NCBI GenBank assembly: GCA_963796055.1
Contig: CAWCKH010000004.1
Span: 32,001 to 96,000 of the forward strand
Source: an uncultured delta proteobacterium
GTDB taxonomy: Bacteria; Myxococcota; Myxococcia; Myxococcales; Myxococcaceae
DNA: 64,000 nt
Reading direction: 5' to 3'
A program made the translations under genes and the position numbers. The notes beneath the pieces are model-generated. The model saw nothing but the letters and a program-made list of their open reading frames with translations. It was not told the DNA's origin and ran no database searches. Of this stretch, positions 19,687 through 30,041 are shown piece by piece; position 1 is the stretch's first letter; every line of letters starts with the position of its first letter.

Positions 19687-20535
19687 TCAGCGCCGGGTGA
19701 CCACGACCTCCAGGTACTTGGAGGGAACCACCATCGTGCCGTCGTGGGCGCGGTTGAACCGGCCGATGAGGTCGGTCAGCTCGGCGGTGAAGGCCCGGGC
19801 CTTCTCCTCGGGAAGCGCGGCGTAGAGCTTGTGGATCGGTCCGTAGAACGTCCGGAACACGTCGATGAAGTGCTCGGCCGACAGGTAACGGAAGCTGAAC
19901 TCGCGGTGCACCGAGTGGATGGAGGCCGCGGCGCCCTCGAAGAGCTGCTCGCAGTGCGGCACGGTGCCCCAGAGCGCGGGGCCCTTGAGGCCGGCGGGCG
20001 GTGGGGCGGTGCGGCCCACCAGCGCGAACACCTGGCCGATGAAGCCGTCGGGCGTCCAGCTGGCGAGGCCGATCTTCCCGCCCGGACGCACCACCCGGGC
20101 CAGCTCGCGGGCTGCCCGGCCGTGGTCCGGGGTGAACATGACCCCGAAGGTGGAGATCGCCGCGTCGAACTCTCCACCGTCGAAGGGCAGCGCCTCGGCG
20201 TCGCCCTCGACGAAGGCGATGTCCAGCCGTTCGGCCCGGGCGCGCTCCTCGCCCCGGGCCAGCAAGGCTGGCACGTAGTCCAGACCGGTGACCTTGCAGT
20301 AGCGACGGGCGGCAGCGAGCGTCGCGGTGCCGTTGCCGCAGGCCACGTCCAGCACGGCCTGGCCGGAGTGCAGGTCGGCCGCCTCGCACAGCGACTCGGC
20401 GACGAGGTTGAGGGTGGTGCCGACGACGGCGTAGTCGCCGCTGGCCCAGGTGGCCTGCTGGCGTGCGTTGATGGCCGCGAGGTCCGGGGCGGGAGGGGTG
20501 CTGGGGGTGCTGTGGGTCGCTGAAACGGTGGTCAC
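19687..20535 (-). CDS. Class I SAM-dependent methyltransferase
   Basis: VLDVACGNG, GDAEALPF, STFGVMF, RVVRPGG; GTG start with AGGAG RBS. Confidence 0.9.
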   Translation of the reverse strand: MTTVSATHSTPSTPPAPDLAAINARQQATWASGDYAVVGTTLNLVAESLCEAADLHSGQAVLDVACGNGTATLAAARRYCKVTGLDYVPALLARGEERARAERLDIAFVEGDAEALPFDGGEFDAAISTFGVMFTPDHGRAARELARVVRPGGKIGLASWTPDGFIGQVFALVGRTAPPPAGLKGPALWGTVPHCEQLFEGAAASIHSVHREFSFRYLSAEHFIDVFRTFYGPIHKLYAALPEEKARAFTAELTDLIGRFNRAHDGTMVVPSKYLEVVVTRR

Positions 20536-20644
20536 GAATCGAGCTCCTGGGGTAAGGGGGACGTGCTGCACGGCTCTGGATGCGTCCCTGGCCCGAGGCG
20601 CGCTTGACTGGGACTCCGCATCTCTTGCTCTTCCGTCCGCGGCG

Positions 20645-21655
20645 ATGAGCACCGACGTCCTCTCCGACGTTCTCCGGGCGGTGCGGCTGAGCGGCGCGGT
20701 CTACTTCCTGGTGGATGCGTCCGCCCCGTTTGCCGCCGAGGCGCTCCCGGCGCGCGACGTGGCGCCGCACGCGATGCCCGGCGCCGAGCACCTGATGGAG
20801 TATCACCTGGTGACCCGGGGTACCTGCTGGGGGGGCATCGTGGGCGAGGAGCCGATGCTGCTCCACGAGGGCGACATCATCGTCTTCCCCCAGGGTGACC
20901 CGCACGTGATGTCGAGCAGCCCCGGCCTGCGCGGACGGGTGTCGGTCGACGCGTACCGCCGGCCGCCTGGGAGTCAGCTCCCGTTCACGCTCCGCGAGGA
21001 GGGCGGCGGGGCCCGTACCCAGCTGGTCTGCGGCTTCGTCGGCTGCGACGTGCGCCCCTTCAACCCGCTGCTCGCCACGCTTCCCCGGACGCTGCGGGTG
21101 AGCACCCGCGAAGGAGGCGGCTGGCTCGAATCGCTGGCCAGGCTCGCGGTGACCGAATCCGGCGGTGGCCGGACCGGCGGCGAGACCGTGCTGGCGCGCG
21201 CGAGCGAGCTGATGTTCGTGGAGGTCATCCGACGCTACCTCGCTTCGCTTCCACCGGAGCAGACCGGGTGGCTGGCTGGGGTCCGGGACCCCTTCGTCGG
21301 CCGGGCGCTGGCGACGCTACACGACCGGCCCGCCAAGCCGTGGACGGTGGAGTCGCTGGCGAAGGCGGCGGCACTGTCGCGCTCGGCGCTGGCGGAGCGC
21401 TTCACGCACCTGGTCGGCGAGGCACCGATGCAGTACCTGACGCGCTGGAGGATGCAGCTCGCCGCGACGCTGCTGCGCTCACGAGACGTCAGCGTCTTCG
21501 AGGTGGCGATGGACGTTGGCTACGCTTCCGAAGCCGCGTTCAGCCGGGCATTCAAGAAGGTGGTGGGGGTTCCTCCTGCCGCCTGGCGCGAAGGGCAGCG
21601 GGAGCAGGAAACCCCGCGCACCGGCGCAACCCGTCGAGCCGCGACCAGGGCCTAG
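20645..21655 (+). CDS. AraC family regulator with cupin_6 domain
   Basis: DVLSDVL N-terminus; LSRSALAERF and VGYASEAAFSRAFK helix-turn-helix motifs. Confidence 0.93.
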   Translation: MSTDVLSDVLRAVRLSGAVYFLVDASAPFAAEALPARDVAPHAMPGAEHLMEYHLVTRGTCWGGIVGEEPMLLHEGDIIVFPQGDPHVMSSSPGLRGRVSVDAYRRPPGSQLPFTLREEGGGARTQLVCGFVGCDVRPFNPLLATLPRTLRVSTREGGGWLESLARLAVTESGGGRTGGETVLARASELMFVEVIRRYLASLPPEQTGWLAGVRDPFVGRALATLHDRPAKPWTVESLAKAAALSRSALAERFTHLVGEAPMQYLTRWRMQLAATLLRSRDVSVFEVAMDVGYASEAAFSRAFKKVVGVPPAAWREGQREQETPRTGATRRAATRA

Positions 21656-21743
21656 AGCTCATCGGAGGTCCACCCCGCGGCGGCACTTGCGCGGACCGGT
21701 CGCCCTCTTGGGCGGGACGACCGGCGCGCGGCGGGATACAGGG

Positions 21744-21819
<76 letters not shown>

Positions 21820-21909
21820 AGTCGGTCTGCTTAGAGAACACGACGGATTGGGGCCCGTCAAGGTTCGCGCCGATGGCCTGGACTGTGCTGGCGAGGAACC
21901 TCCGCGGCG

Positions 21910-22443
21910 ATGGACCCTGTCCGGGTCATGATCCGCGACGCCACCGAGGCCGACCTCCCGGGCATCCTCGCCATCTACAACGACGTGCTCATCACCTCGA
22001 CCGCCATCTTCTCGGAGAGGCCGACGACGCTGGAGGACCGGGTGCAGTGGTTCCGGGCCCGGCGCGAGCTCGGCTATCCGGTGCTGGTCGCGGTGGACGA
22101 CACGGGGGTGCTCGGGTTCGCCAGCTTCGGCGACTTCCGGAGCTGGCCGGGGTACCGGCACAGCGTGGAGCACAGCGTCCACGTCCGGGCAGACGTCCGG
22201 GGGAGAGGCATCGGCGGCGCCTTGATGCGGGTGCTCCTCTTCCGCGCGGCCACCCTGGGAAAGCACGTGATGGTGGCCGGCGTGGACGCGGACAACGCCG
22301 GCTCCATCCGACTGCACGAGCGCCTCGGCTTCCAGCGCGCCGGGACGCTTCACCAGGTGGGCTGCAAGTTCGGCCGCTGGCTCGACCTCACCTTCCTGGA
22401 GCGGGTCCTCGACGAGCGCGCCACGCCCGAGGGGACCGGCTGA
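21910..22443 (+). CDS. GNAT N-acetyltransferase (YncA/Pat family)
   Basis: IRDAT..D..I.AIYN, VEHSVHV, RGRGIG, N.GSIRLHERLGF, KFGRWLD. Confidence 0.92.
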   Translation: MDPVRVMIRDATEADLPGILAIYNDVLITSTAIFSERPTTLEDRVQWFRARRELGYPVLVAVDDTGVLGFASFGDFRSWPGYRHSVEHSVHVRADVRGRGIGGALMRVLLFRAATLGKHVMVAGVDADNAGSIRLHERLGFQRAGTLHQVGCKFGRWLDLTFLERVLDERATPEGTG

Positions 22444-22455
22444 AGCTCACGGGAC

Positions 22456-22656
22456 TCAGGCCCGCTCGCGGCCGGGCCGCCACGGCGCCTCGACCAGTCC
22501 GCGCGACGCACCGCCCTCCGGCAGCTGCCCGACCTGGGTCTTCAGGGCCCGCACTTCCTCCTCCAGCTCGGACACGCGGCGCAGCAGCTGTGGATCGCTC
22601 GCCCCGCGCGCAGTCCGGTACTCGACCAGGGCCCGCATCGTGGGCTTCACCGCCAC
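22456..22656 (-). CDS. Small hypothetical protein with coiled coil; true start may lie further upstream across a possible frameshift near 22680
   Basis: GC3-biased codons; RRVSELEEEVRALK coiled coil; upstream ATG at ~22691 is in another frame. Confidence 0.4.
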   Translation of the reverse strand: MAVKPTMRALVEYRTARGASDPQLLRRVSELEEEVRALKTQVGQLPEGGASRGLVEAPWRPGRERA

Positions 22657-22764
22657 GCGCCAGGCGATGGCCGCGCCGGATCGAAGGGCATGGAGAGCTC
22701 CCGGAGGGCCGTCTCGAACCGGTACGTGCCCCGCGCCGGTCGATTGCCGGTCGGCCGGGATGGT

Positions 22765-23361
22765 CTAGCGGGACAGAGGCGTGCGCTCCAGGGTCGCGAG
22801 CTCGGGCTGCAGTGCGTCGAGCGCACGGGCCCGGTGGGAGATGCGTCCCTTCTCCTCCAGGGTGAGCTCGGCCATGGTCCGCCCGAGCTCCGGGACCAGG
22901 AACACCGGGTCGTACCCGAATCCCCCGCTCCCGCGCGGGAAACGGAGGATGGTCCCCCGGCACTCCCCGCGGGCGAGCCGCACCTCGCCCTGCGGCGAGG
23001 CGAGCGCCAGGACGCAGCGGAACGCCGCGCCACGCTCGGCGTCGGGCACCCGCTGCAGCTCCCGAAGCAGCTTCTGGATGCGGACGGCGTCCGGTCCGGG
23101 CGCATACCGGGCCGACCGGACGCCGGGGGCGCCCCCCAGCGCATCGACGAAGAGCCCCGAGTCGTCCGCCACGCTCCACAGCCCGGTGCCCCGCGCAGCG
23201 GCCAGCGCCTTCAGCCGCGCGTTGCCCTCCAGGGTTTCCTCGGTCTCCTCCACCTCGGGCATCGGCGGGACGTCGTCGAGCGACAGGACGTCCAGCCCCT
23301 GCACCCGCGACTGCACCTCCCGGAGCTTTCCCGGGTTGCGGGTGGCGACCAGCAGCTTCAT
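22765..23361 (-). CDS. rdgB: Non-canonical purine NTP pyrophosphatase (RdgB/HAM1)
   Basis: [35 protein letters not shown]. Confidence 0.95.
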   Translation of the reverse strand: MKLLVATRNPGKLREVQSRVQGLDVLSLDDVPPMPEVEETEETLEGNARLKALAAARGTGLWSVADDSGLFVDALGGAPGVRSARYAPGPDAVRIQKLLRELQRVPDAERGAAFRCVLALASPQGEVRLARGECRGTILRFPRGSGGFGYDPVFLVPELGRTMAELTLEEKGRISHRARALDALQPELATLERTPLSR

Positions 23362-24074
23362 GCGCCCAGAGCGCGGCGCTGCGTCTCGACCAGCCGGGCC
23401 ACCCCGGCCAGCCCGGCGTCGATCAGCGCGTCCAGCTCGGCCCGGGCGAAGGACCCCTTCTCCGCCGTGCCCTGCACCTCCACCAGCTTGCCCTCGCCGG
23501 TGGCGATCACGTTCATGTCCACCTCGGCCGCGCTGTCCTCCTCGTAATCGAGGTCGGTCACCACCGTCCCCTTCACGATGCCCACCGAGACCGCGGCCAC
23601 CGGCACCATCTTCGGGACGCTGGACAGGACCTTCCGGCCCTGGAGGTTGCGCACCGCCTGGGCCAGGGCCACGTAGGCCGCGGTGATGGAGGCGCAGCGC
23701 GTGCCCCCGTCCGCCTCGATGACGTCGCAGTCCAGGGTGAAGGTCCGCGGCCCGAGCTGGGTCAGGTCGACGGAGGCCCGGAGCGCGCGCCCGATGAGGC
23801 GCTGGATCTCCTGGGTCCGCCCGCTCTGCTTTCCCCGGGCCGCCTCGCGCGCGGTGCGGGTGTTGGTGCTCCGGGGCAGCATCCCGTACTCGGCGGTCAC
23901 CCAGCCGCTGTTCTTGCCGATCAGGTGTGGAGGAACGCGCTCCTCCACCGAGCAGGTCACCCGGACCCAGGTGTGGCCGAGGCGGACCTCGGCCGAACCC
24001 TCGGCATGCCGGGAGACGCCGGGGGTGATGGTCAGCGGACGGAGATCGAGCGGGCCACGGTCGAAGGAACGCAT
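23358..24074 (-). CDS. rph: Ribonuclease PH
   Basis: [43 protein letters not shown]; overlaps rdgB. Confidence 0.96.
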   Translation of the reverse strand: MRSFDRGPLDLRPLTITPGVSRHAEGSAEVRLGHTWVRVTCSVEERVPPHLIGKNSGWVTAEYGMLPRSTNTRTAREAARGKQSGRTQEIQRLIGRALRASVDLTQLGPRTFTLDCDVIEADGGTRCASITAAYVALAQAVRNLQGRKVLSSVPKMVPVAAVSVGIVKGTVVTDLDYEEDSAAEVDMNVIATGEGKLVEVQGTAEKGSFARAELDALIDAGLAGVARLVETQRRALGA

Positions 24075-24102
24075 GCGGGTCCGCCGACTTATCAGGCCCG
24101 GC

Positions 24103-25113
24103 TCAGCCGAGCCACTGGGGGTTCTGCACCGTCCCGTCGTACTGGTGGGTGACCTTGAACGGCTCGTACTTCCCATCGGCCGCGGCGCCAGCGGCTCGCT
24201 TCCGGATGTCGTCCAGCGCGGCCTCGCCGAGCGGACGGAAGGTCTGCGCCGCCCGGACCGCCTGATCGAGGATCTCCATCCGCTCACAGCCGGTGATCAC
24301 CACCGAGGTCGGCATCGACAGGGCGTAGTGGAGGGACTCCACCGCGGTCACCGCACCCGACTTCAGCGCGTGCCCGTCGGCCATGGGCTTCATCCCCAGG
24401 ACCGCGATGCCGTCCTTCACCAGCTCGGGCACCACCCGGCGCGAGAAGCTACGGAAGCTCCAGTCCAGCGGGTTGATCGGCATCTGCACTGCGTCGAAGC
24501 GGACGCCGTGGGCCCTGGCGACCTCGAGCATGTGGAGATGGATGTCCGGGCTCTTGTGCCCGGTGAAGCCGATGAAGCGGATCTTCCCCGCTTTCCGGGC
24601 AGCGTCCATCGCCTCCCAGGAACCTCCGGGGGCGAAGATCTTCTCCGGATCATCGGGGCGGATCACCTCGTGGAACTGCATCAGGTCCAGGTGATCGGTC
24701 TTGAACCGCTTCAGGGACTCGTCGATCTGGCGGGCCGCGGCGGCGCGGGTGTGCCCGTCGATCTTCGACATCACGAACGCCCGCTGGCGGTAGCCATCCT
24801 GGAGCGCCAGCCCCGCCCGCCGCTCGCTCTCACCGTCGTGGTAGTCCCAGCAGTTGTCGAGGAAGTTGATGCCCCGGTCGATGGCGCTGCGGATCAGCCG
24901 GACCCCCTCCTGGGGGTCGGCCGGGTTGCCGATGTGGTAGCCGCCCAGCCCGATGCAGCTCACCTCCACGCCCGTGCGCCCAAGCTTCCGGCGTGGAACG
25001 CCATCCCGGCCAGGCCCGGCATCGGCGGCGCGAGCGCCGGGGCCGATGCCCAGCGCGGCGAGCGCCCAGCCCAGGGTGGAGAGGAATCCGCGGCGGCTGT
25101 TCGAGCTCGACAT
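24103..25113 (-). CDS. Aldo/keto reductase with Tat-like signal
   Basis: SRRGFL leader; [33 protein letters not shown]. Confidence 0.9.
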   Translation of the reverse strand: MSSSNSRRGFLSTLGWALAALGIGPGARAADAGPGRDGVPRRKLGRTGVEVSCIGLGGYHIGNPADPQEGVRLIRSAIDRGINFLDNCWDYHDGESERRAGLALQDGYRQRAFVMSKIDGHTRAAAARQIDESLKRFKTDHLDLMQFHEVIRPDDPEKIFAPGGSWEAMDAARKAGKIRFIGFTGHKSPDIHLHMLEVARAHGVRFDAVQMPINPLDWSFRSFSRRVVPELVKDGIAVLGMKPMADGHALKSGAVTAVESLHYALSMPTSVVITGCERMEILDQAVRAAQTFRPLGEAALDDIRKRAAGAAADGKYEPFKVTHQYDGTVQNPQWLG

Positions 25114-25209
25114 GCCCCGTTCTCTGAATCTGCTCCTGGGCCGCTGTCGCGCCCGCCTCTGGAGGCGGCGCCGGAACTGGACAGAACGTTCCTCCCCTGG
25201 CCCGCGACC

Positions 25210-25998
25210 TCAAGGCGGCGTGGTCGAGGCCACCGGGCGCCGATCCCGCGCTGCCACCTGCGCCAGGAAGGCCTTCAGCCCGTCGGCGATCGCCTGCGCG
25301 ATGCGGTCCCGGTACTCGGCGCGGGCCAGCTTCCGGCTCTCCTCGGGATGGGAGATGAACCCGAACTCCACCAGCACCGCCGGCGCCTCCACCCCGGTGA
25401 GGACGTAGAACGGCGCCTGCTGCACCCCGTGGTCGCTCCCGCCCGAGGCCGCCACCAGCCGGGAATGGATGGCGTAGGCGAGCCGCGCGCTGTCTGCGTG
25501 GGCCTCGCTCCGCCGCAGGTCGGAGAGGATGAAGGACAGGGTGTCGGTCGGCTCGGGCGCACCCGCCCCCGCCGAGTCCGCGTTCTCCAGCTCCGCCACC
25601 CGGCGTGCGTCCTCGCCGGAGGCGCTGGCGGAGAGGAAGAAGGTCTGCACCCCCTCCAGCTTCGCCCGGAGCCTGCGGGTGGGCATCGAGTTCAGGTGCA
25701 AGGAGACGAAGACGTCAGGCCGGGCCTGGTTGGCGAAGGTGACCCGATCGGCGAGCGCCAGCAGCACGTCCTGCTCGCGGGTGAGGAGTACCTCCACGCC
25801 CTGCTGCTCCAGCGCGGCCTTGAGCCGGCGAGCGACGTCCAGCGACACCGCCTTCTCCAGCTGCCCGTCGGGGCCGATGGCCCCCTCCTGCGCGCCACCG
25901 TGGCCCGGATCGAGCACCACCCGCGGCCGTGGGGCGGGCGCGGCGGCGACGAGCAGCGCGGTGCAGAGCGCCAGGGCGGAGGACATCCGCCCCGGCAT
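25210..25998 (-). CDS. N-acetylmuramoyl-L-alanine amidase (Amidase_3)
   Basis: VVLDPGHGG, LEK, FVSLHLNS, FYVL..PAVLVEFGFISH. Confidence 0.93.
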   Translation of the reverse strand: MPGRMSSALALCTALLVAAAPAPRPRVVLDPGHGGAQEGAIGPDGQLEKAVSLDVARRLKAALEQQGVEVLLTREQDVLLALADRVTFANQARPDVFVSLHLNSMPTRRLRAKLEGVQTFFLSASASGEDARRVAELENADSAGAGAPEPTDTLSFILSDLRRSEAHADSARLAYAIHSRLVAASGGSDHGVQQAPFYVLTGVEAPAVLVEFGFISHPEESRKLARAEYRDRIAQAIADGLKAFLAQVAARDRRPVASTTPP

Positions 25999-26021
25999 GT
26001 TACTGCAACCTTGGCCCCGGA

Positions 26022-26151
26022 CTACTTGACGGGGCTGGTCGTCCCGTCGGGATTCGTCTTCTCGTGCTTCACCACGTTGCCGTGGCCCCGGGGCGTCGTG
26101 CTTCGACTTCCGCTTCACCGAGCTGGTCCCGTCGTCGTTCTGCTTGACGGT
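26022..26151 (-). pseudogene. Start-less, frameshifted remnant of a small K/T/S/D-rich protein gene
   Basis: Reads TVKQNDDGTSSVKRKSKHDAPG, then shifts frame to HGNVVKHEKTNPDGTTSPVK-TAG; coding-like codon bias. Confidence 0.4.
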
Positions 26152-26183
26152 GCCCGGCGTGTTACTCCGACACCGACGCCGGC

Positions 26184-26459
26184 CTACTTGGCGGGAGCAG
26201 CCTGGGTGTCGGGAGGGGTCTTCTCGTCAGCCTTCGGAGCGGTCTTCTTCTCCGTCGAGTACGTGCTCGTGTCCGAGGTGGACCCGCCAGTTCCCTTCTC
26301 CTCGGTCGTCGACTTCTTCTCCGTCTTGGAGCTGGTACCCTCGCCGCTCTTCTTCGTCGTGCTCTTGCTCTCGGTGGTGGCCTTCGTGTCATCGGCTCGC
26401 GCGGTGCCGACCACCGCCAGCGCCAGCGCTGCGGTGAGGCCGGTGATGAGTCGCTTCAT
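26184..26459 (-). CDS. Small secreted low-complexity (T/K/E/S-rich) protein
   Basis: AAGGAGG RBS; signal MKRLITGLTAALALAVVGTARA; hydrophilic mature part. Confidence 0.8.
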   Translation of the reverse strand: MKRLITGLTAALALAVVGTARADDTKATTESKSTTKKSGEGTSSKTEKKSTTEEKGTGGSTSDTSTYSTEKKTAPKADEKTPPDTQAAPAK

Positions 26460-26520
26460 GGACAGCCTCCTTGCTCAGCAGCACAACCTGGTCATCGATC
26501 CGAGGAGCGCAAGGTGCGGT

Positions 26521-27570
26521 TCACCCCACGTCGATGCGCGGGCGGCCACGAGTCAGCTCTCCGACAACAGCTGCCTCGACCCCTGCCCGAGCGAGCGCTC
26601 GCTCGGCCTTCGGGAGAGCGGAGCGGGGCACCGCAGCGAGGAGCCCACCGTTGGTCTGCGCATCGGCAAGCACCCACCGAACCGGGTCGGGCAAGCCGTC
26701 GGGGAAGCGCACGTGCGCGCCGAAGTGCTCGAGGTTGGCGGTGGTCCCGCCCGGCACCACGCCCTGCTCCGCCAGCGCGGGGACTCCGGCGAGGATGGGG
26801 ATCTGCTCGAGAAAGAGCCTCGCCCGCAGCTTCGCCCCCAGCGCCATCTCGGTGAGGTGTCCCAGAAGCCCGAAGCCGGTGACGTCGGTCAGCGCGTGCA
26901 CCGGGAAGCGTCCCGAGGCGAAGACCTCGCCCGCGGCGCGGTTCAGGGTGGACATGAGGGCGACGACCGCCCGCTCCAGCTCGGGCGTGGCGAGGCCGCG
27001 CTTGATGGCGGTGGTGGCGATGCCCGAGCCGAGGGGCTTGGTGAGCAGGAGCACGTCCCCGGGGCGGCCTCCGGCGTTGGTGAGGATGCGCCGCGGGTGA
27101 ACGACACCGGTCACCGCCATCCCGTACTTGGGCTCCGGATCGTCGACGGAATGCCCGCCGAGGATGGGAATGCCTGCCTCGTCCGCCTTGCTCTGCCCGC
27201 CCTCGAGGATGCGGGCCAGGATCTGCATCGGCAGGGCCTGGGTGGGGAAGGCCACGAGGTTCAGCGCGAACAGGGGCCGGGCGCCCATGGCCCAGACGTC
27301 CGAGAGGGCGTTGGCGGCGGCGATCTGCCCGAAGGCGAAGGGGTCGTCGACCACCGGGGGGAAGAAGTCCACGGTGGAGACCACCGCCTGGGTGGCGGAC
27401 AGACGGTACACCGCGGCGTCGTCGTGCGTGGCGAAGCCCACCAGCGCCCGCGGGTCCTTTCTGGTCTTCAGGCGGCGCAGGACCTGCGCCAGTTGCGCCG
27501 GTCGGAGCTTGGCGGCTCAACCGGCGCAGTGACTGAACTGGGTCAGTCGCCGCAGCGTCTCGGGGCTCAT
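26521..27570 (-). CDS. selD: Selenide, water dikinase (selenophosphate synthetase), selenocysteine at codon 18 (TGA 27517-27519)
   Basis: MSPETLRRLTQFSHCAG-TGA-AAKL continues in frame into DDAAVY, TVDFF, ANALSD, GGHS, TKPLGSG, TDVTGFGLLGH, DAQTNGGLL. Confidence 0.93.
27481..27503 (-). promoter_or_regulatory. Candidate bacterial SECIS hairpin in selD mRNA
   Basis: 13 nt after UGA: GACC-G-GCGC-AACUG-GCGC-A-GGUC can form a stem-loop; alternative CCGG-CGCAA-CUGG stem. Confidence 0.5.
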
Positions 27571-27590
27571 GGGGCTGTTTTGCCCGGGAA

Positions 27591-28535
27591 TCAGCCGGGG
27601 CGCACGTAATCCTTGCGGATGAGCTCCACGATGGCCTCGGCGATGGTCACGTCGTCGCCCTCCGAGTGGTCCATCACCGCGCGGAGCGTGCCGTGGTTGT
27701 GCACCAGCTGCAGCAGATCCAGCTGCTCGGGGGTGAGGTCGCGGAGTCTGGGCACCAGCGGACGGCGCACCACCAGCGGGGCCTCGGGCAGCGGAAGCTG
27801 CGCCTCGATGCGCTTGTACTCGTCCAGCAACCGGAGCGCGTCCATCAGCAGCGCCTCGGTGGACCGGTCCAGCTCGACCATGAACTCCTGGCCGTCCGGG
27901 GGCTGCAGCTCGAAGTCCCCTTCTTCCCAGGTGATGATCCGGTTGAAGCTCTTCTGCGGACCGAGCGCGTGGTCGCCGTCGACCACCGCGTAATACACCC
28001 GGCCCTGGCGCAGGTAGATGCGGCCCTCGTGGGCGCCGGTCACAACCAGCACGCCGTTCTTCTTCGAGGTGTGGAACAGCTGGAGCAGGTCGGGGAGCGG
28101 GATGTCCTCGATCTTTCCGGTCATCGAGGAGGTCTTGTTGGTCTTGGCCGCCTGGACCTGCGCCGCCTCCTCCAGCCGTTCTCGCATCTCGGCGTCCGAG
28201 AGGTCGGTCTGGGCCCCCGCCTCGCGCTGGACCAGCTTGAGGATCGAGGTGCCGATGAGGATCCGGTCCCCCTCCTTCAGCCGGGCCTGGCGGATCTTCT
28301 CCCCGTTGACGAAGGTGCCGTTGGTGCTCCCCAGGTCCTCGATCAGCACCTTGCCGGGGCCGACGGTGATCTTCGCGTGCTTGCGGCTGACCATGTCCTC
28401 GACCAGGACCATGTCCAGCTCGCTCGAGCGGCCGATGGTGACCTGACGGCTCATCTTCAGGGGGAACTCGCCCCCCTGGTACTTGCCGGAGATGAACCGG
28501 AGGGCCCAGGCCGTGTCGCCGCTCGACGCTGCCAT
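27591..28535 (-). CDS. FHA domain + DUF4388 protein
   Basis: IGRS, VSRKHA, DLGSTNGTFVNG (FHA); GKIEDIPLPDLLQ..K.G.L and W..GDF (DUF4388). Confidence 0.9.
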   Translation of the reverse strand: MAASSGDTAWALRFISGKYQGGEFPLKMSRQVTIGRSSELDMVLVEDMVSRKHAKITVGPGKVLIEDLGSTNGTFVNGEKIRQARLKEGDRILIGTSILKLVQREAGAQTDLSDAEMRERLEEAAQVQAAKTNKTSSMTGKIEDIPLPDLLQLFHTSKKNGVLVVTGAHEGRIYLRQGRVYYAVVDGDHALGPQKSFNRIITWEEGDFELQPPDGQEFMVELDRSTEALLMDALRLLDEYKRIEAQLPLPEAPLVVRRPLVPRLRDLTPEQLDLLQLVHNHGTLRAVMDHSEGDDVTIAEAIVELIRKDYVRPG

Positions 28536-28550
28536 CTTCGTCAGACCACC

Positions 28551-29252
28551 CTACAGCAACGTCCCGGCGAAGACGAAAACTCCAGCATCGCCGGAGGGCA
28601 GGAGCCGGAGCCGACCGGTCCGGGGCTCGGGGTCCCGGGACGAGGAAGTCAGGACTGCCTCCTCGGTCACCAGCACCTCCTCCCGCTCGGACCGGAGATA
28701 CCAGGCGCGTGGCTCCCACCGGTGCCCCGGAAGGCGCAGCACGGGGTCGATCCGCGCATCGGCCAGCGAGCGCTGGCGGTCGGTGGGGGTGACCAGCACG
28801 CCGAGCGCCTCCGCCGAGGTCGCCGAGAGGAGGGTCGCCCGCTGCCACAGGACCCCCAGCGCCCCGGCCAGCGCCGGGGCGAGCGGGCCCTCCGGCTCCC
28901 ACCGTCCGTTCCGTCGCAGGAACCGGACCCGCTCCCGTCCCAGCGACGAGACCTGCACCCCGCCCGAGGTGCCGGCGGCATCGAGCGTGGCCACCACCGC
29001 CGCCCGGTCGGCATCCACGGTGATGCTGAAGCGGTCGTAGCGCAGGCCGCGCGGCTCGAAGGCCGGCCCACCCGGAACGGGGATGGGCGCCCGGGCCAGC
29101 TCCGCCGAGCGGAGGGCGGCGATCAGCTCGGGTTCCGGCCCGCCCACGGCGCCGAGCATCCGCGGCAGCAGGGCCCACACCGCGCCGGCCAGGGTGGCCA
29201 GGCCGAGGAGGACCGCGACCGCCCGTATGCCGCGACGGCCGTCCTCGTTCAC
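28551..29252 (-). CDS. Hypothetical membrane-anchored protein
   Basis: GTG start overlapping the bamD stop (GTGA); N-terminal TM segment. Confidence 0.6.
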   Translation of the reverse strand: MNEDGRRGIRAVAVLLGLATLAGAVWALLPRMLGAVGGPEPELIAALRSAELARAPIPVPGGPAFEPRGLRYDRFSITVDADRAAVVATLDAAGTSGGVQVSSLGRERVRFLRRNGRWEPEGPLAPALAGALGVLWQRATLLSATSAEALGVLVTPTDRQRSLADARIDPVLRLPGHRWEPRAWYLRSEREEVLVTEEAVLTSSSRDPEPRTGRLRLLPSGDAGVFVFAGTLL

Positions 29253-30025
29253 GAGCCGAGCATCTTCTGCGCCTTCTCGGCCGCAGGGGTGCCCGGCACG
29301 CGGGTGATGATCCGCTGGAGAGCATCGCGCGCCTTGTTCTGATCCTTGAGGCGCGAGTACAGGTCGTGCAGCCGGAAGAGGTACTTCTCGTCGTCCGGGC
29401 CGGGGTACTTCTGCAGCACCGTCTCCAGCCGCCTGGCGGCCGCCGAGGGGCGGTCGCGCTTCTCGTAGAAGTCGGCCACGTAGACCTCGTGGCGCACCAG
29501 GCGCTCGCGGATCTCCGACTGCTTCTTCCTCGCGTCCTCGATGTACTGGGACTGCGGGAAGGTCCGGGTGAAGTCGTTCAGCGCCTCCCAGGCGGCGCGG
29601 ACCTGGGTCTGGTCCTTCTCGCTGGAGGGCGGGAGCATGAACCAGTCGCTCGGGATGTCGCGGTAGTGGGCCAGGGCCGCGCGGTAGGCGGCGTAGTCCA
29701 CCTTGGGGTGGGTGGGGTGGAGCTTCACGAAGCCGGTGTAGCGGTCCGCGGCCTCGGTCCACAGCTCGCGCTCGAAGGACACGTCTGCCAGCCGGAGCTC
29801 GGCCTGGCGCGAGGCCTCGAGGAACGGGAACTTGGTCTTGACGTACTCGAAGTATTTCTCGGCCAGCTGGTACTGGCTGCTGTCCAGCGCCTCGTCGCCG
29901 CGCTTGAGGTTGGTGCTCGCCTCGCTCGCGTAATCGGGCTCGCCGAAGTCGCCGTTGTTGGAGAACAGTCCACAGGCGGGCGCCAGGGCCAGGGCAGCGA
30001 GCGGGAGGAGGCGGTGCAGGCGCAT
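29249..30025 (-). CDS. bamD: Outer membrane protein assembly factor BamD
   Basis: Lipobox APAC; TPR helices; FPF..AELRLAD, HPTHPKVDYA, DQT, HEVYVADFY. Confidence 0.9.
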   Translation of the reverse strand: MRLHRLLPLAALALAPACGLFSNNGDFGEPDYASEASTNLKRGDEALDSSQYQLAEKYFEYVKTKFPFLEASRQAELRLADVSFERELWTEAADRYTGFVKLHPTHPKVDYAAYRAALAHYRDIPSDWFMLPPSSEKDQTQVRAAWEALNDFTRTFPQSQYIEDARKKQSEIRERLVRHEVYVADFYEKRDRPSAAARRLETVLQKYPGPDDEKYLFRLHDLYSRLKDQNKARDALQRIITRVPGTPAAEKAQKMLGS

Positions 30026-30041
30026 CGAGGGGGCAAGTACC

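Noticed and set aside
27517..27519. selD as a nonsense pseudogene
   Set aside because: The TGA falls exactly at the Cys/Sec catalytic position with intact flanking sequence, so Sec recoding is the better explanation
23683..27609. 1308-aa + strand ORF and many other long antisense/alternate-frame ORFs in the track
   Set aside because: Shadow ORFs opposite well-supported genes (rph, AKR, amidase, selD); stop-codon scarcity is expected at this GC content, and they have no recognisable motifs
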